A DNA stretch of 64,000 nucleotides from an uncultured Desulfobacterales bacterium (GTDB lineage Bacteria > Desulfobacterota > DSM-4660 > Desulfatiglandales > HGW-15), in assembly GCA_964450535.1 (NCBI GenBank), contig CAYVDE010000002.1, positions 17,862 to 81,861 on the forward strand, in the 5' to 3' direction. The notes below the pieces were generated by a model that had not been told where the DNA came from, did not search any database, and worked only from the letters and a program-made list of their open reading frames with translations. Positions 9,999 to 19,330 of this stretch are shown piece after piece. The position numbers and the translations under genes were made by a program. Every line of letters starts with the position of its first letter. Position 1 is the first letter of the stretch.

Positions 9999-10106
9999 TA
10001 CCCCTTGACTTGCAGTATAATATTCAGTAAATTTGTTTGTGACTGTAAGTTTCGCTGTATATTTTGACCGGCGGAACAGGATTCTTTTCTTTTCCCGGAG
10101 GCAGGC

Positions 10107-10712
10107 ATGAAGCTGACCGGCAAGCAAAAGGCCTTTCTGGCTTATCTTACCCGCTACCTGGAGGAGTGGGGGCAGTCTCCCAGCTTCGACGAGATTCGCG
10201 CCCACTTCGGGTTCCGTTCCTATAACACGGTGTCTACCTATTTGTCTCATCTGGAGCGGAAGGGATACATCCGCCGGCCCGGGGCCAAGAACCAAAAGCG
10301 CGCCATAGAGGTGATCCGTCCCGTGGAGAGCCGCCGGTTCGAGGTCCCCCTCCTGGGGGTAGTTGCGGCGGGACGGCCCATAGAGGCCGTGGAAACCCCC
10401 GATGTGATCGAGATTCCTCAGTCCATGCGGGGACGGGGGGACCGTTTCGTGCTCCGCGTACAAGGGGACTCCATGCGGGACGACGGAATACTGGACGGCG
10501 ACTACGTGGTGGTCCGCAGGCAGCCCACGGCGGAGAACGGCGAGACAGTGGTGGCGCTTGTCAACAACGAGGCCACAGTTAAGAAGATCTACCGTCGGGG
10601 AGACCATGTTGAGCTCCGACCCGCCCACGCGGGCATGCCGTCGATCCTCGTTCACAAAGGGGACCTGCGGATCGAGGGGCGGGTGGTTGGAGTGGTGAGA
10701 CATTACAGGTGA
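10107..10712 (+). CDS. lexA: LexA repressor (S24 peptidase)
   Basis: 201 aa. N-terminal winged HTH. Ala-Gly cleavage site (VVAAGRP). Catalytic Ser motif (GDSM) and Lys (ATVKKI). Confidence 0.9.
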   Translation: MKLTGKQKAFLAYLTRYLEEWGQSPSFDEIRAHFGFRSYNTVSTYLSHLERKGYIRRPGAKNQKRAIEVIRPVESRRFEVPLLGVVAAGRPIEAVETPDVIEIPQSMRGRGDRFVLRVQGDSMRDDGILDGDYVVVRRQPTAENGETVVALVNNEATVKKIYRRGDHVELRPAHAGMPSILVHKGDLRIEGRVVGVVRHYR

Positions 10713-11887
10713 CACGCCGCATCATCCATCTACACATCCCGGCCTTTTCCATCGCCGTGGAGAGGTTGGCCCGGCCCGAACTCCGGGAACGGCCTGTGGC
10801 TGTGGCATGGGGCCGGACCGCCAGGGCCTCGGTGCTTTCCGTCTCCTCAGAGGCCCGGGCGGAAGGGGTCGCAAGGGGCATGCCCCTGGGCCGGGCCCGC
10901 GATGTCTGTCCGGGGCTCACCGTGTTTTCGCCGGACCCCGGGAGGATTGAAAAGGCCGGTCGTATCCTGGTAGGGGTGGCAGCGCAATATACCCCCATCT
11001 GGGAGCCTCCAAGGCCAGGCCACGTCTATCTGGACGTAACAGGCACCTCCCGTCTGTGGGGAGGGGCCAAGGACACGGCCGACCGGATCCGCAGGGAGGT
11101 ACTGGTGCGGCTTGGACTGGCCGGCACCGCAGGCGTGGCCGTCAACAAGATGGTCTCGAGCATCGCCTCACGCATCCATCCCGTCCCGGGTATCCTGGAC
11201 GTGGACCCCGGCCGGGAACGGCTCTTCATGGCCCCCCTGGAGGTGGACGTGCTGCCCGGCATCGGCCCGGTTCGCCGTAGAACTCTCCTGGAAGAGCTGG
11301 GGATCACTCGGGTCCGGCAGGTGGCGGCCCTGGAGTCCCTGGACCTTCGGCTCCTTTTCGGACGCTGGGGCGAAGTTATCCACCAGCGGGCCCTGGGCGT
11401 CGACTCCACCCCGGTGTATCCGCCCCTGAAAAAGCCTGAGGTGGTGGAAGAGACCACCCTTTCCGAAGACGACAATGACGACCGCAGGCTTCTGGGGTTG
11501 CTGTACGGGATGGTGGAGCAATGCGCCTGCAGGCTTAGGGAACGGGACCTGGCCCCTAAAAAGGCGGGTCTTCTTATCCGGTATGCGGACGGCCGGGAGG
11601 CGTCGGCACGTAAAGCCCTTTCCGGCGGAAGTGCCTGGGACATGGACCTCTACATCCCCATGGAGCAGGCTTTCTTAAGTACCTGCAACCGCAGGGTTCG
11701 GATCCGGTTCATGCGGGTCTGGTTTACGGACCTGACCCCTCCTTCCGGCCGCCAGCTCTCCTTGTTCCCGCCTGCGCCTTCCCCCGGGGAGGAACGGGCC
11801 GGGGTGACCCGCGCCTTGGACCGCATCCGGGCGCGTTACGGCTACAGTGCGATTTGTTGGGGGCGTGGCCCTTCGGGCCGGAGGTGA
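10709..11887 (+). CDS. imuB: ImuB-like catalytically inactive Y-family DNA polymerase
   Basis: GTG start overlaps the lexA stop (GTGA). Y-family fold motifs are present, but the DinB catalytic positions are replaced: IIHLHIPAFSIAVE versus IIHVDMDCFFAAVE, and PGHVYLDVT versus SLDEAYLDVT. Confidence 0.75.
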   Translation: MTRRIIHLHIPAFSIAVERLARPELRERPVAVAWGRTARASVLSVSSEARAEGVARGMPLGRARDVCPGLTVFSPDPGRIEKAGRILVGVAAQYTPIWEPPRPGHVYLDVTGTSRLWGGAKDTADRIRREVLVRLGLAGTAGVAVNKMVSSIASRIHPVPGILDVDPGRERLFMAPLEVDVLPGIGPVRRRTLLEELGITRVRQVAALESLDLRLLFGRWGEVIHQRALGVDSTPVYPPLKKPEVVEETTLSEDDNDDRRLLGLLYGMVEQCACRLRERDLAPKKAGLLIRYADGREASARKALSGGSAWDMDLYIPMEQAFLSTCNRRVRIRFMRVWFTDLTPPSGRQLSLFPPAPSPGEERAGVTRALDRIRARYGYSAICWGRGPSGRR

Positions 11888-12070
11888 GTGCGATACTTCG
11901 TATCGCAGGTGTTGAAAGCTGTTAAGGGAAAAGCCTCACACCAATAATTCGGACGTCATAGATTCAAGGACGGCGGAACAGGGGAGGGATCTCCGAAGGC
12001 AAGCCGGCAGGACCGACCAGCCCGGGGAGCGCAGGAGCGAGAGGCTCCTCAACCACCGCAGCCCTCCGGA

Positions 12071-12126
12071 CCACGCACCACGCACCAAGAACCAAGAACC
12101 AAGAACCAAGAACCGAGAACCACGAA
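12071..12126. repeat. eight tandem heptanucleotide units (2x CCACGCA, 4x CCAAGAA, CCGAGAA, CCACGAA)
   Basis: Read directly from the sequence. The array ends 12 nt before the dnaE2 ATG at 12139. Confidence 0.9.
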
Positions 12127-12138
12127 GAACACGGAACC

Positions 12139-15100
12139 ATGCCCATGAGCGGTTTTGCCCACCTGAACGTCCACTCCCACTACTCCCGGGGCTGGGGCAT
12201 CCCGGACGTGGAGGATCTATGCCTGGCGGCTCGAGCCCTGGGAATGGATACCCTGGCCCTGACGGACACCAATGGCCTCTACGGCCTGATCCCGTTTCTG
12301 GAGGCGGCTCGGGAGGCGGGCGTCCGGCCCGTGGTGGGAAGCGAGCTTGTGGCCGGACCCCACCGCGCGGTCCTCCTGGTGCGGGATGAGAACGGCTACG
12401 CCAACCTCTGCCGCCTGATCTCCGCGCGTCACTGTGATCCTGAGTTTGATCTTGCCGTGGCCCTGAGGGTGCAACGAAGGGGCCTGATCGTAATCTCGGA
12501 CGACACCAAGGTGCTCAAGGCCTTACGCAAGGACGGGGTAGAAGATCTCTTTGTGGAGGTGTCCCCGGGCTACGGCATGGCCCGGTGCATAGCTTTTTCC
12601 CGCCGGAGCGGCATCCCGCCCATAGCCACCAACCGTGCCTGTCTTCTGGGCCGGGACCAGTTCCCGCTCCACCGGGTCCTTCGGGCCGTGGCCCTGAACA
12701 CGAAACTGTCGCGCCTAACCCCCGCGGACACCGGCCGTGAGTACAATACCCTGTGCACCCCCCGGGACATGATCGACCGGTTCCCTCACGCCCCCCAAGC
12801 GATCCGGAACACCCTTAGGGCGGCGGATCGATGCAAGAAGGACTGGCCCCTGGGCCGGCTCATATTCCCCCGGTTCGAAAGTATGGATGATGACGAGGCA
12901 TTTGAGCGGCTCCGCCGGCTCACGCTGGAGGGGTGCCGCAGGCGGTACGGCCGGATCACCCGGGCGGTTCGGGAGCGGGTGGCCCACGAGATGGACATCA
13001 TTCGGGAAAAGAACTTCGCCCACTACTTTCTGGTGGTGGCCGACATCACTTGCAGGGCCCCACGGTCGTGCGGTCGCGGAAGCGCGGCGGCCTCCATCGT
13101 GGCCTACGCCCTGGGCATCACCCACGTGGATCCCATACGGCACAATCTCTTTTTCGAACGGTTCCTGAACCCGGGCCGCAAGGACCCGCCGGACATCGAT
13201 GTGGACTTCGCATGGGACGAACGGGAACAGGTTCTGGACTATGTGTTCGCCCGCTACGGTCACGGCCGGGCCGCCATGGTGGCCAACCACAATACCTACG
13301 GGGCCCGCTCGGCCATCCGGGAGGTGGCAAAGGTATTCGGCCTTCCCGACGAGGAGATCGGCCGGGTCACCGGCAAGATAGGCTTCGGGTGGAGGTTGCG
13401 CGACGTATGGGAGGACCTGGAGACCCATCCCAGGATGAGGGAGCTCCGGTTCGATCCTCCGTGGGACGAGATTCTTGCCACGGCCGTCCGGCTCGAAGAC
13501 CACCTGAACCATCTTTCCGTCCATTGCGGCGGCGTGGTGATAGTGCCCGACGAGGTGCGCAGGTATTGCCCGGTGGAGATATCCGCCGGCGGGGTCCAGG
13601 TGCTCCAGTGGGAGAAGGAGGCCGTGGAGGAGGCGGGCCTGGTGAAGGTCGACCTCCTGGGAAACCGCAGCCTGGCCGTGATCCGGGACGCCCTTGCCAT
13701 GGTGGAGAGAAACACTGGTCGTCGCATCGACTACGCCGGCTGGGACCCCGTGGATGACCCAAAGACCTTGAAGGTCTTTTACCGGGGCGAGACCATGGGT
13801 GTCTTCTACTTCGAGAGCCCGGCCACACGGCAGGTGCTTGTCAAGGTGGCGAGCGGCTTCACCCTGGAGGAGTATATCCGGCGTAATCACTTTCTCCTGA
13901 ACGTGATAGTGACCTCCATCATTCGGCCCGCATCGAACCGCAGCATTCAGGACTGGGTGACCCGCCTTCACGGCGCCCCTTGGGATGTGCCTCACCCGCT
14001 TCTCAAGCCGGTGCTCCAGGAAACCCTGGGCGTAATGGTCTTTCAGGAACAGCTCAGCCGGGCCGCCATTCACCTGGCCGGGTTCAACCCGGCCGAGGCC
14101 GACACCCTTCGAAAGGTGGTGAGCAAGAAGCACCGGGAAAAAAAGCTTAGGGATTTTCACGAGCGGTTCCTTCGAGGAGCCGGGGAAAACGGCGTGCCCG
14201 CGGTGGTGGCTCAAGACACGTGGGACATGATGATGGGTTTTGACGGGTACAGCTTCTGCAAGCCCCATTCGGCCAGCTACACCATGGTGGCATACAAGTC
14301 GGCCTGGCTCCGTGCACACTACCCGGCCGAGTTCATGGCCGCCGTGGTGTCCAACGGCGGGGGATACTACTCCGCCTTCGGATATCTCTCGGAGGCTCGA
14401 CGGATGGGCCTTAAGCTGCTTCCCCCGGACGTGAATGAGAGCGAGATCGCCTACACGGGAAAGGGGCGGGACGTTCGGGTGGGATTCATGCAGCTGAAGG
14501 GCCTGCGCCGGGAGGCCGTGGTGGCCCTTGTTCGGGAGCGGGACCGGAACGGGTCGTTTGCCTCGTTTTCATCCTTTCTGGAACGGACCCGGCCGCACAT
14601 CCGGTTCCAGGACGCGCGGGTCCTGATCCGTGCCGGGTGCTTCGATAGGATCGAAGGGGAGGACCGGCGGCCCGCTCTTTTATGGCAGGCCCTGAGGTTC
14701 TTTGACCGGGATGAGAGCCGGGCTCAGGCCCGGCTTTTCAGCCCCGGGGCATCCGTTCGAGGTGAGAAACCGGACCGGGCTTTCCTCCCTCTGGACCTCG
14801 AGACCCGGATCCGTAACGAGGCGGAGACCCTTGGGTTTCCCCTTTCCGTCCATCCCTTGATGCGGTATGGGAATATGCTCGGGCGGACATCCCGGTGCCC
14901 GGCGAAAGACCTTCCGTCAAGGGTGGGGCGGACCGTCACCCTCGTGGGGTGGCCGGTTACCGGCAAGACGGTCCACTCCCGCAGGGGCGAACCCATGAAG
15001 TTCGTCTCGTTCGAGGACGAGACCGGCCTCTACGAGACAGTATTCTTTCCTCGGGAGTACCGGCGGTTCTGCCACATGCTCGGAAAGAGCCGGGCCTACG

Positions 15101-15237
15101 TTTTGCGGGGGAGGGTTCAGAAGGACCTAAACGCGATCACCGTCACAGTTGGCTGGATAGAGTTCTTGGAGCGGCACCCCACGGCCTTCAAAAGGACTTC
15201 GCAGCTTCCCGAAGCCCTTCCTGGGCCGCCGGGCTGA
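12139..15237 (+). CDS. dnaE2: error-prone DNA polymerase III alpha paralogue DnaE2 (ImuC)
   Basis: 1032 aa. N-terminal PHP domain (HLNVHSHYS...LALTDTNGLYG). Pol III alpha core and a C-terminal OB region. Located downstream of lexA-imuB. Confidence 0.9.
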   Translation: MPMSGFAHLNVHSHYSRGWGIPDVEDLCLAARALGMDTLALTDTNGLYGLIPFLEAAREAGVRPVVGSELVAGPHRAVLLVRDENGYANLCRLISARHCDPEFDLAVALRVQRRGLIVISDDTKVLKALRKDGVEDLFVEVSPGYGMARCIAFSRRSGIPPIATNRACLLGRDQFPLHRVLRAVALNTKLSRLTPADTGREYNTLCTPRDMIDRFPHAPQAIRNTLRAADRCKKDWPLGRLIFPRFESMDDDEAFERLRRLTLEGCRRRYGRITRAVRERVAHEMDIIREKNFAHYFLVVADITCRAPRSCGRGSAAASIVAYALGITHVDPIRHNLFFERFLNPGRKDPPDIDVDFAWDEREQVLDYVFARYGHGRAAMVANHNTYGARSAIREVAKVFGLPDEEIGRVTGKIGFGWRLRDVWEDLETHPRMRELRFDPPWDEILATAVRLEDHLNHLSVHCGGVVIVPDEVRRYCPVEISAGGVQVLQWEKEAVEEAGLVKVDLLGNRSLAVIRDALAMVERNTGRRIDYAGWDPVDDPKTLKVFYRGETMGVFYFESPATRQVLVKVASGFTLEEYIRRNHFLLNVIVTSIIRPASNRSIQDWVTRLHGAPWDVPHPLLKPVLQETLGVMVFQEQLSRAAIHLAGFNPAEADTLRKVVSKKHREKKLRDFHERFLRGAGENGVPAVVAQDTWDMMMGFDGYSFCKPHSASYTMVAYKSAWLRAHYPAEFMAAVVSNGGGYYSAFGYLSEARRMGLKLLPPDVNESEIAYTGKGRDVRVGFMQLKGLRREAVVALVRERDRNGSFASFSSFLERTRPHIRFQDARVLIRAGCFDRIEGEDRRPALLWQALRFFDRDESRAQARLFSPGASVRGEKPDRAFLPLDLETRIRNEAETLGFPLSVHPLMRYGNMLGRTSRCPAKDLPSRVGRTVTLVGWPVTGKTVHSRRGEPMKFVSFEDETGLYETVFFPREYRRFCHMLGKSRAYVLRGRVQKDLNAITVTVGWIEFLERHPTAFKRTSQLPEALPGPPG

Positions 15238-15934
15238 ACCAGATATCCAGGAAACGCTCGTTTTTCTCCCGTCCGTACTTCTCGTATCGTTCCCGGACCG
15301 GATCTACACGGTTCTCCTTGATGGCGGCAAAGGACTCCTGCGGGAGTGCCGCAATCTCAGCCACTATCTCCAGGGCCCTGTCTTCCACCTCTTCCCTGGA
15401 AACCACGCGATCCACAACACCGCTTTCCTCGACCCTCGAGGCCTCCAGGAGCTCCCCACGGTACATTATGTCCGTGGCCGTCCGGTCCCCGGAAAGGTGC
15501 CTGAGGAGCAGATCCGCGGCATAGGGCACGGGCACACCGAGCCGGCTTTCGTTCAACCCGACCAGGGTTCTGCCCGAGGCGGCGATGCGAAAGTCAGTGG
15601 TGAGCATGAGGATTGTGCCCCCTGCCACTGCATGACCGCATATCGCCGAGGCCGTGGGTAGAGGCGCCGTGGCTATTTCCATAAGAAGGTCGCCGAACCC
15701 GTGGAAGAAATCGGACATGCCTTTACGATCCAGATAAATAAGATTAGGGAGGTCGAAGCCTATGGAAAAGAACTTGTTTCCGCCGGCCAGAACGATTCCC
15801 CGATATTCCGAACGCGCCTGTCTGAAGATACGCGAAAGATCATCCACGAGCTCGGGCCCGATGGGGTTGGTGACGCCGTTTGTCAACCGGAGGATTGCGA
15901 CATCGCCCCTCGATTCAAGTGTTACCTTGTCCAT
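15188..15934 (-). CDS. enoyl-CoA hydratase/isomerase (crotonase) family protein
   Basis: 248 aa. GDVAILRLTNG...GIVLAGGNKFFSIGFDL and GHAVAGG segments match the crotonase fold. Confidence 0.8.
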   Translation of the reverse strand: MDKVTLESRGDVAILRLTNGVTNPIGPELVDDLSRIFRQARSEYRGIVLAGGNKFFSIGFDLPNLIYLDRKGMSDFFHGFGDLLMEIATAPLPTASAICGHAVAGGTILMLTTDFRIAASGRTLVGLNESRLGVPVPYAADLLLRHLSGDRTATDIMYRGELLEASRVEESGVVDRVVSREEVEDRALEIVAEIAALPQESFAAIKENRVDPVRERYEKYGREKNERFLDIWFSPAAQEGLREAAKSF

Positions 15935-15947
15935 GGGGTCCTCCTTA

Positions 15948-17360
15948 CTAAAACCGGGTCTCTCCGAGTTTCTCCAGGATCATTGCATAGGCACGTTGTC
16001 CCCGTTCGAAGCTGGAGAGCCTGAAAAACTCGTTGGGCGAGTGCTGTCGCTCGTCCGGAAGCCCGAATGCGAAGACAATGGTGCATGCCTTCAGTTCACG
16101 TAGAAAGATCCCGTTCACAGGGATCGTGCCGCCCATACCTACGCGGAGGGGCGGCTTTCCGTAAAGGTCTTCCAGTATCGAGGCGGCGACTTCAAGACCG
16201 GTGTGGTCCTTGGGAATGCGATATGGAACCGCCCCGTTTTCCGCCCGTGTGGCCGTAACCCTGACTCCGGAGGGAGCGGTCCTCTCAATGTGTTCGGCCA
16301 CGAGCCGGGTGATACTTTCGGGATCCTGATCCGCTACGAGCCGGCAGGATATCTTGGCGTGGGCCGTGCTGGGAAGTACGGTCTTGACTCCGGATCCCTG
16401 AAAGCCCCCATAGATGCCGTTCACTTCGAGAGTGGGCCTGGACCAGGCCCTCTCCCAGGTGGAAAACCCGGGCTCTCCGAAGAGTTCCAGGGCGCCGACT
16501 CCTGCAAGATAGGCCTCACGATCGAATGGGACACCGGCGATCGCATTTCGCTCCTCCTCGCTGAGTGGACGAACATCGTCATAGAATCCTTTCACAGCCA
16601 CACGGCCGTCTTTGTAATGGAGAGACTCAAGAATGTAAGCCAGTGCGTGAATCGGGTTGGCAACGGTGCCGCCGTAGGTGCCCGAATGAAGGTCGTGCCC
16701 CGGCCCCTGGACATCCAGAAACACCGAGCACAGGCCCCTGGTGCTCATCACCAGGCAGGGCTGATCTTCTTTCAACTGGCCGCCGTCCCCGCTCAATACA
16801 AGGTCGCATGAAAGGCGATCCCGGTTCTTGGCCAGGAATTCGGGAAGCTGGGGGCTGCCGATCTCTTCCTGCCCTTCGAAGAAGAATTTAATGTTGACCG
16901 GGAGGGTGCCGGAAGTCTTCAGCATAGCCTCGCATGCGGCAATGGTCAGGAACATATTCCCCTTGTCGTCGCTGGCCCCCCGGGCGTAGATTCGGCCGTC
17001 CCGAAGGGACGGCTCAAAGGGAGGAGTCTCCCAGAGGTCCAGGGGATCAACGGGCTGCGTGTCAAAATGGCCGTAGATGAGGACAGTGGGCTTGTCCGGG
17101 GCTTTCAGCCAATCCCCGTAGACCACGGGATGTCCTCCTGTGGGGAGGATTTCTACACTCTCGATTCCGGCGGCATTCATGCGGGCCGCGACCCACTGGG
17201 CGGCCTTTTCAACGTCGGACCGGTGCTCCGGAAGGCTTGAAATGCTTGGAATGCGAAGGAAATCAAGCAGTTCTTCAAGAAATCTATCCCGGTTTTTTTC
17301 GAGATACGCATGCCATTGGCTCATCGGTTCTGCTCCTTGGTCCTGATAGGTTTCATTCAT
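15948..17360 (-). CDS. M20 family metallopeptidase / dipeptidase
   Basis: 470 aa. LIYGHFDTQP, ARGASDDKG and FFFEGQEEIGS motifs supply the M20 metal ligands. Confidence 0.85.
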   Translation of the reverse strand: MNETYQDQGAEPMSQWHAYLEKNRDRFLEELLDFLRIPSISSLPEHRSDVEKAAQWVAARMNAAGIESVEILPTGGHPVVYGDWLKAPDKPTVLIYGHFDTQPVDPLDLWETPPFEPSLRDGRIYARGASDDKGNMFLTIAACEAMLKTSGTLPVNIKFFFEGQEEIGSPQLPEFLAKNRDRLSCDLVLSGDGGQLKEDQPCLVMSTRGLCSVFLDVQGPGHDLHSGTYGGTVANPIHALAYILESLHYKDGRVAVKGFYDDVRPLSEEERNAIAGVPFDREAYLAGVGALELFGEPGFSTWERAWSRPTLEVNGIYGGFQGSGVKTVLPSTAHAKISCRLVADQDPESITRLVAEHIERTAPSGVRVTATRAENGAVPYRIPKDHTGLEVAASILEDLYGKPPLRVGMGGTIPVNGIFLRELKACTIVFAFGLPDERQHSPNEFFRLSSFERGQRAYAMILEKLGETRF

Positions 17361-17391
17361 AAAGCGGTTTATCTGCGGAGGTAATGCCCCT

Positions 17392-18435
17392 CTACTCGAT
17401 TTTCAGGCCCAGATCGGGGCTCCGTGCGGAGGACGACAGGTCCAGGTTGTCCAAAAGGGTCTGAGGAAGTTCTTTATCGAATCGAACGCGAATCGAGTAC
17501 TCGTTAAAGGGGAGGGGGTCGATTCCAATGATACGCCCCGAGGTGCGCAGGCCTTTCATCCCTCCTTTCAGTGGAAGGTGGCACGTCATTAGAAGGCGCC
17601 GTCCCATAAGTTGACGTGCAGTTTCCGGCTTTGAAATACGGATTGTAAACGCCGTTCCACCCTTGGAGATATCGATGAATCCCCCCTTGAAAGGCTTTCC
17701 CATTGGTTTCCCGTCTTTTCCCACGAGTTGAAGACCTATGGTGCCGGACAGGTCTATCCTGTCCTGGTTTCGTTGGCCCTGGGTCTTCCGATCCAGGGTT
17801 TCCTGGGTTCCCCCGGAGCGAAAGCAGAACTCTGCCAGTTTGCCTTCGAGTCCGGGAAACAGGTCTTGCCAGTCCCTCAGGGCTGAGTTTTCCAGGACAC
17901 TCGCTCGAACAGGTGTGAGAGTGAATGCGGAAAACGAGCAAAAGGCGGTTCTGGAAAAAAAGGTCTCGGCCCCAAACATGTTCCCCGGTCCGAGGTTCTT
18001 CAAGAGCGTCTCGCTTTCGCCTTGACCACGGGTTATCTTTACCTCGCCCTCGTCCAGGAGGTAGAGGTTCCGGTTCTTTTCGCCCTCTTTAAACACCGGT
18101 TGGTCTGCCTCCAAAAGGACGGACTTCAAGGCAAAGTAAAAGGCGTTGGTTTCTTCGGTGGACAAAGTGGAATACAGGGGGGCGAAGAGTTTCATGTGGC
18201 CCTCGTCCCTGGATTCGGATTTTTCCTGTTCGATGATTTCGCCGGACTTCACGATTTCGCTGAGGGCCATGGGGTCCGCCTCAAACAGGCGGTCTCTGAG
18301 GGTTTCCGCCTTAGCGAAGTTTTTCATTTTTGCATATGTAACGATAAGATCGTAGAGGTCCGGCACCGCAGACTGTTTGTCTCCCTCCTGCAGGGCCTTC
18401 TCAACACGGGCCTCCTTTTCAAGAAGATCGCTCAC
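17392..18435 (-). CDS. cyclic-nucleotide-binding domain plus PilZ domain protein
   Basis: 347 aa. cNMP-binding beta-roll (LYLLDEGEVKI...FGAETFF). C-terminal PilZ motifs RNQDR (RxxxR) and DISKGG (DxSxxG). Confidence 0.7.
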   Translation of the reverse strand: MSDLLEKEARVEKALQEGDKQSAVPDLYDLIVTYAKMKNFAKAETLRDRLFEADPMALSEIVKSGEIIEQEKSESRDEGHMKLFAPLYSTLSTEETNAFYFALKSVLLEADQPVFKEGEKNRNLYLLDEGEVKITRGQGESETLLKNLGPGNMFGAETFFSRTAFCSFSAFTLTPVRASVLENSALRDWQDLFPGLEGKLAEFCFRSGGTQETLDRKTQGQRNQDRIDLSGTIGLQLVGKDGKPMGKPFKGGFIDISKGGTAFTIRISKPETARQLMGRRLLMTCHLPLKGGMKGLRTSGRIIGIDPLPFNEYSIRVRFDKELPQTLLDNLDLSSSARSPDLGLKIE

Positions 18436-18774
18436 GGTCCGTTCCTCCTTTCCCGCCTATTTTGAATCATCACAGGATATAGTTTTGGATTCAGGATATC
18501 GCATAGCACACCGATGTTGCAGTAAAGTCTCTCCTTTTTTGACATTTACGTCAAGTGCCCCGGATTCGTATGCGAACCCGATTGTTATTCTATCCCACCA
18601 CGAAGACCACGAAGGACGGGAAATGTTAAAAAATGGAATGAGTGGAAGCCATGGATCACACTGATCACACGAATAAGGAGAATGGTAAGAGGTGGCAGGC
18701 CCTGGCTTAGTGGCCGTGGGGCGTGCGATCAGGAGGATAAAAACGGTTGGAAGGATGAAAAAATATTTTCAGGC

Positions 18775-18802
18775 TTGATTTTATTTCAATTTACCCTATA
18801 AT
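18775..18802 (+). promoter_or_regulatory. candidate sigma70-type promoter of cspA (TTGATT-16 nt-TATAAT) preceding a ~130-nt leader
   Basis: Hexamers read at 18775-18780 and 18797-18802. Long 5' leaders are a known feature of cold-shock protein genes. Confidence 0.45.
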
Positions 18803-18938
18803 ACCACCTGCGCAAACGGTTGGCATCCTGTTTTTGAGCCGTTTATGAGGCAGGCAAGCAAGGCCTCGCGCAGGTTTTTCACCGCCCTGGAATAATCTCA
18901 GGGCCCTTTTCGAGACCTTTTTTAAAGGAGTAAGGAAG

Positions 18939-19139
18939 TTGGCAAGCGGCATAGTAAAGTGGTTCAATGAAAAAAAGGGGTATGGCTTCATCGAAAATGA
19001 CGATGGGGGCGATGTATTTGTTCATTTTTCAGCCATTCAGGGAGACGGATTCAAAACGCTCATTGAGGGTGAGCGGGTAACCTTTGATATCGAACAAGGT
19101 CAAAAAGGGCCCTCTGCGGCTAACGTCGTGAAGATGTAG
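18939..19139 (+). CDS. cspA: cold-shock protein (CspA family)
   Basis: 66 aa with RNP1/RNP2 motifs (KGYGFI, VFVHF). TTG start lies 8 nt after an AAGGAG RBS. Confidence 0.9.
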   Translation: MASGIVKWFNEKKGYGFIENDDGGDVFVHFSAIQGDGFKTLIEGERVTFDIEQGQKGPSAANVVKM

Positions 19140-19168
19140 CCCATCTTTCCGTCGCCGGTTCACCGAGA

Positions 19169-19212
19169 GGGGCGCCGCACTTCCTGCGGAGGCGGCGTCC
19201 CTTGTTTTTTTT
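19169..19212 (+). terminator. Rho-independent terminator after cspA
   Basis: GC-rich 10-bp stem (GGGGCGCCGC / GCGGCGTCCC, one G-U pair) followed by TTGTTTTTTTT. Confidence 0.65.
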
Positions 19213-19330
19213 ACCCCCTCATTCAAAAGCCTTATCCTGTTTCTCTCCTGTATTTCCTCCGTTCGCAAACAGCATGCCGCCCGGCGATTTGCAGTAAAGC
19301 TCAGAGCTTGAAGCTGGAAGAAAAACAGTT

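Noticed and set aside
10005-10021. TTGACT and TATAAT hexamers upstream of lexA as a -35/-10 pair
   Set aside because: The hexamers are only 5 nt apart, which is incompatible with a sigma70 promoter. The true promoter is not resolved.
9963-10715. 250-aa minus-strand ORF covering lexA
   Set aside because: It is antisense to lexA. Its C-terminal IAFPIIAFPI is just the translated 15-bp tandem repeat.
12071-12126. Possible CRISPR or minisatellite array
   Set aside because: The unit is only 7 nt with no spacers, and there are no cas genes in the window. It is a simple tandem repeat, not CRISPR.
12715-14319. 534-aa minus-strand ORF (plus several 140-270-aa ORFs) overlapping dnaE2
   Set aside because: It is antisense to a gene with clear family motifs. 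The translation is Pro/Gly/His/Arg-rich and low-complexity, typical of stop-poor shadow frames in GC-rich DNA. No RBS or motifs.
18436-18938. tRNA, rRNA or riboswitch in the larger intergenic regions (698-1129, 1907-2219, 8802-9102, 18436-18938, 19140-19330, 47236-47367, 57906-58219)
   Set aside because: No cloverleaf-compatible segments, rRNA-like conserved blocks or riboswitch cores were recognisable by eye. This does not replace tRNAscan or Infernal.
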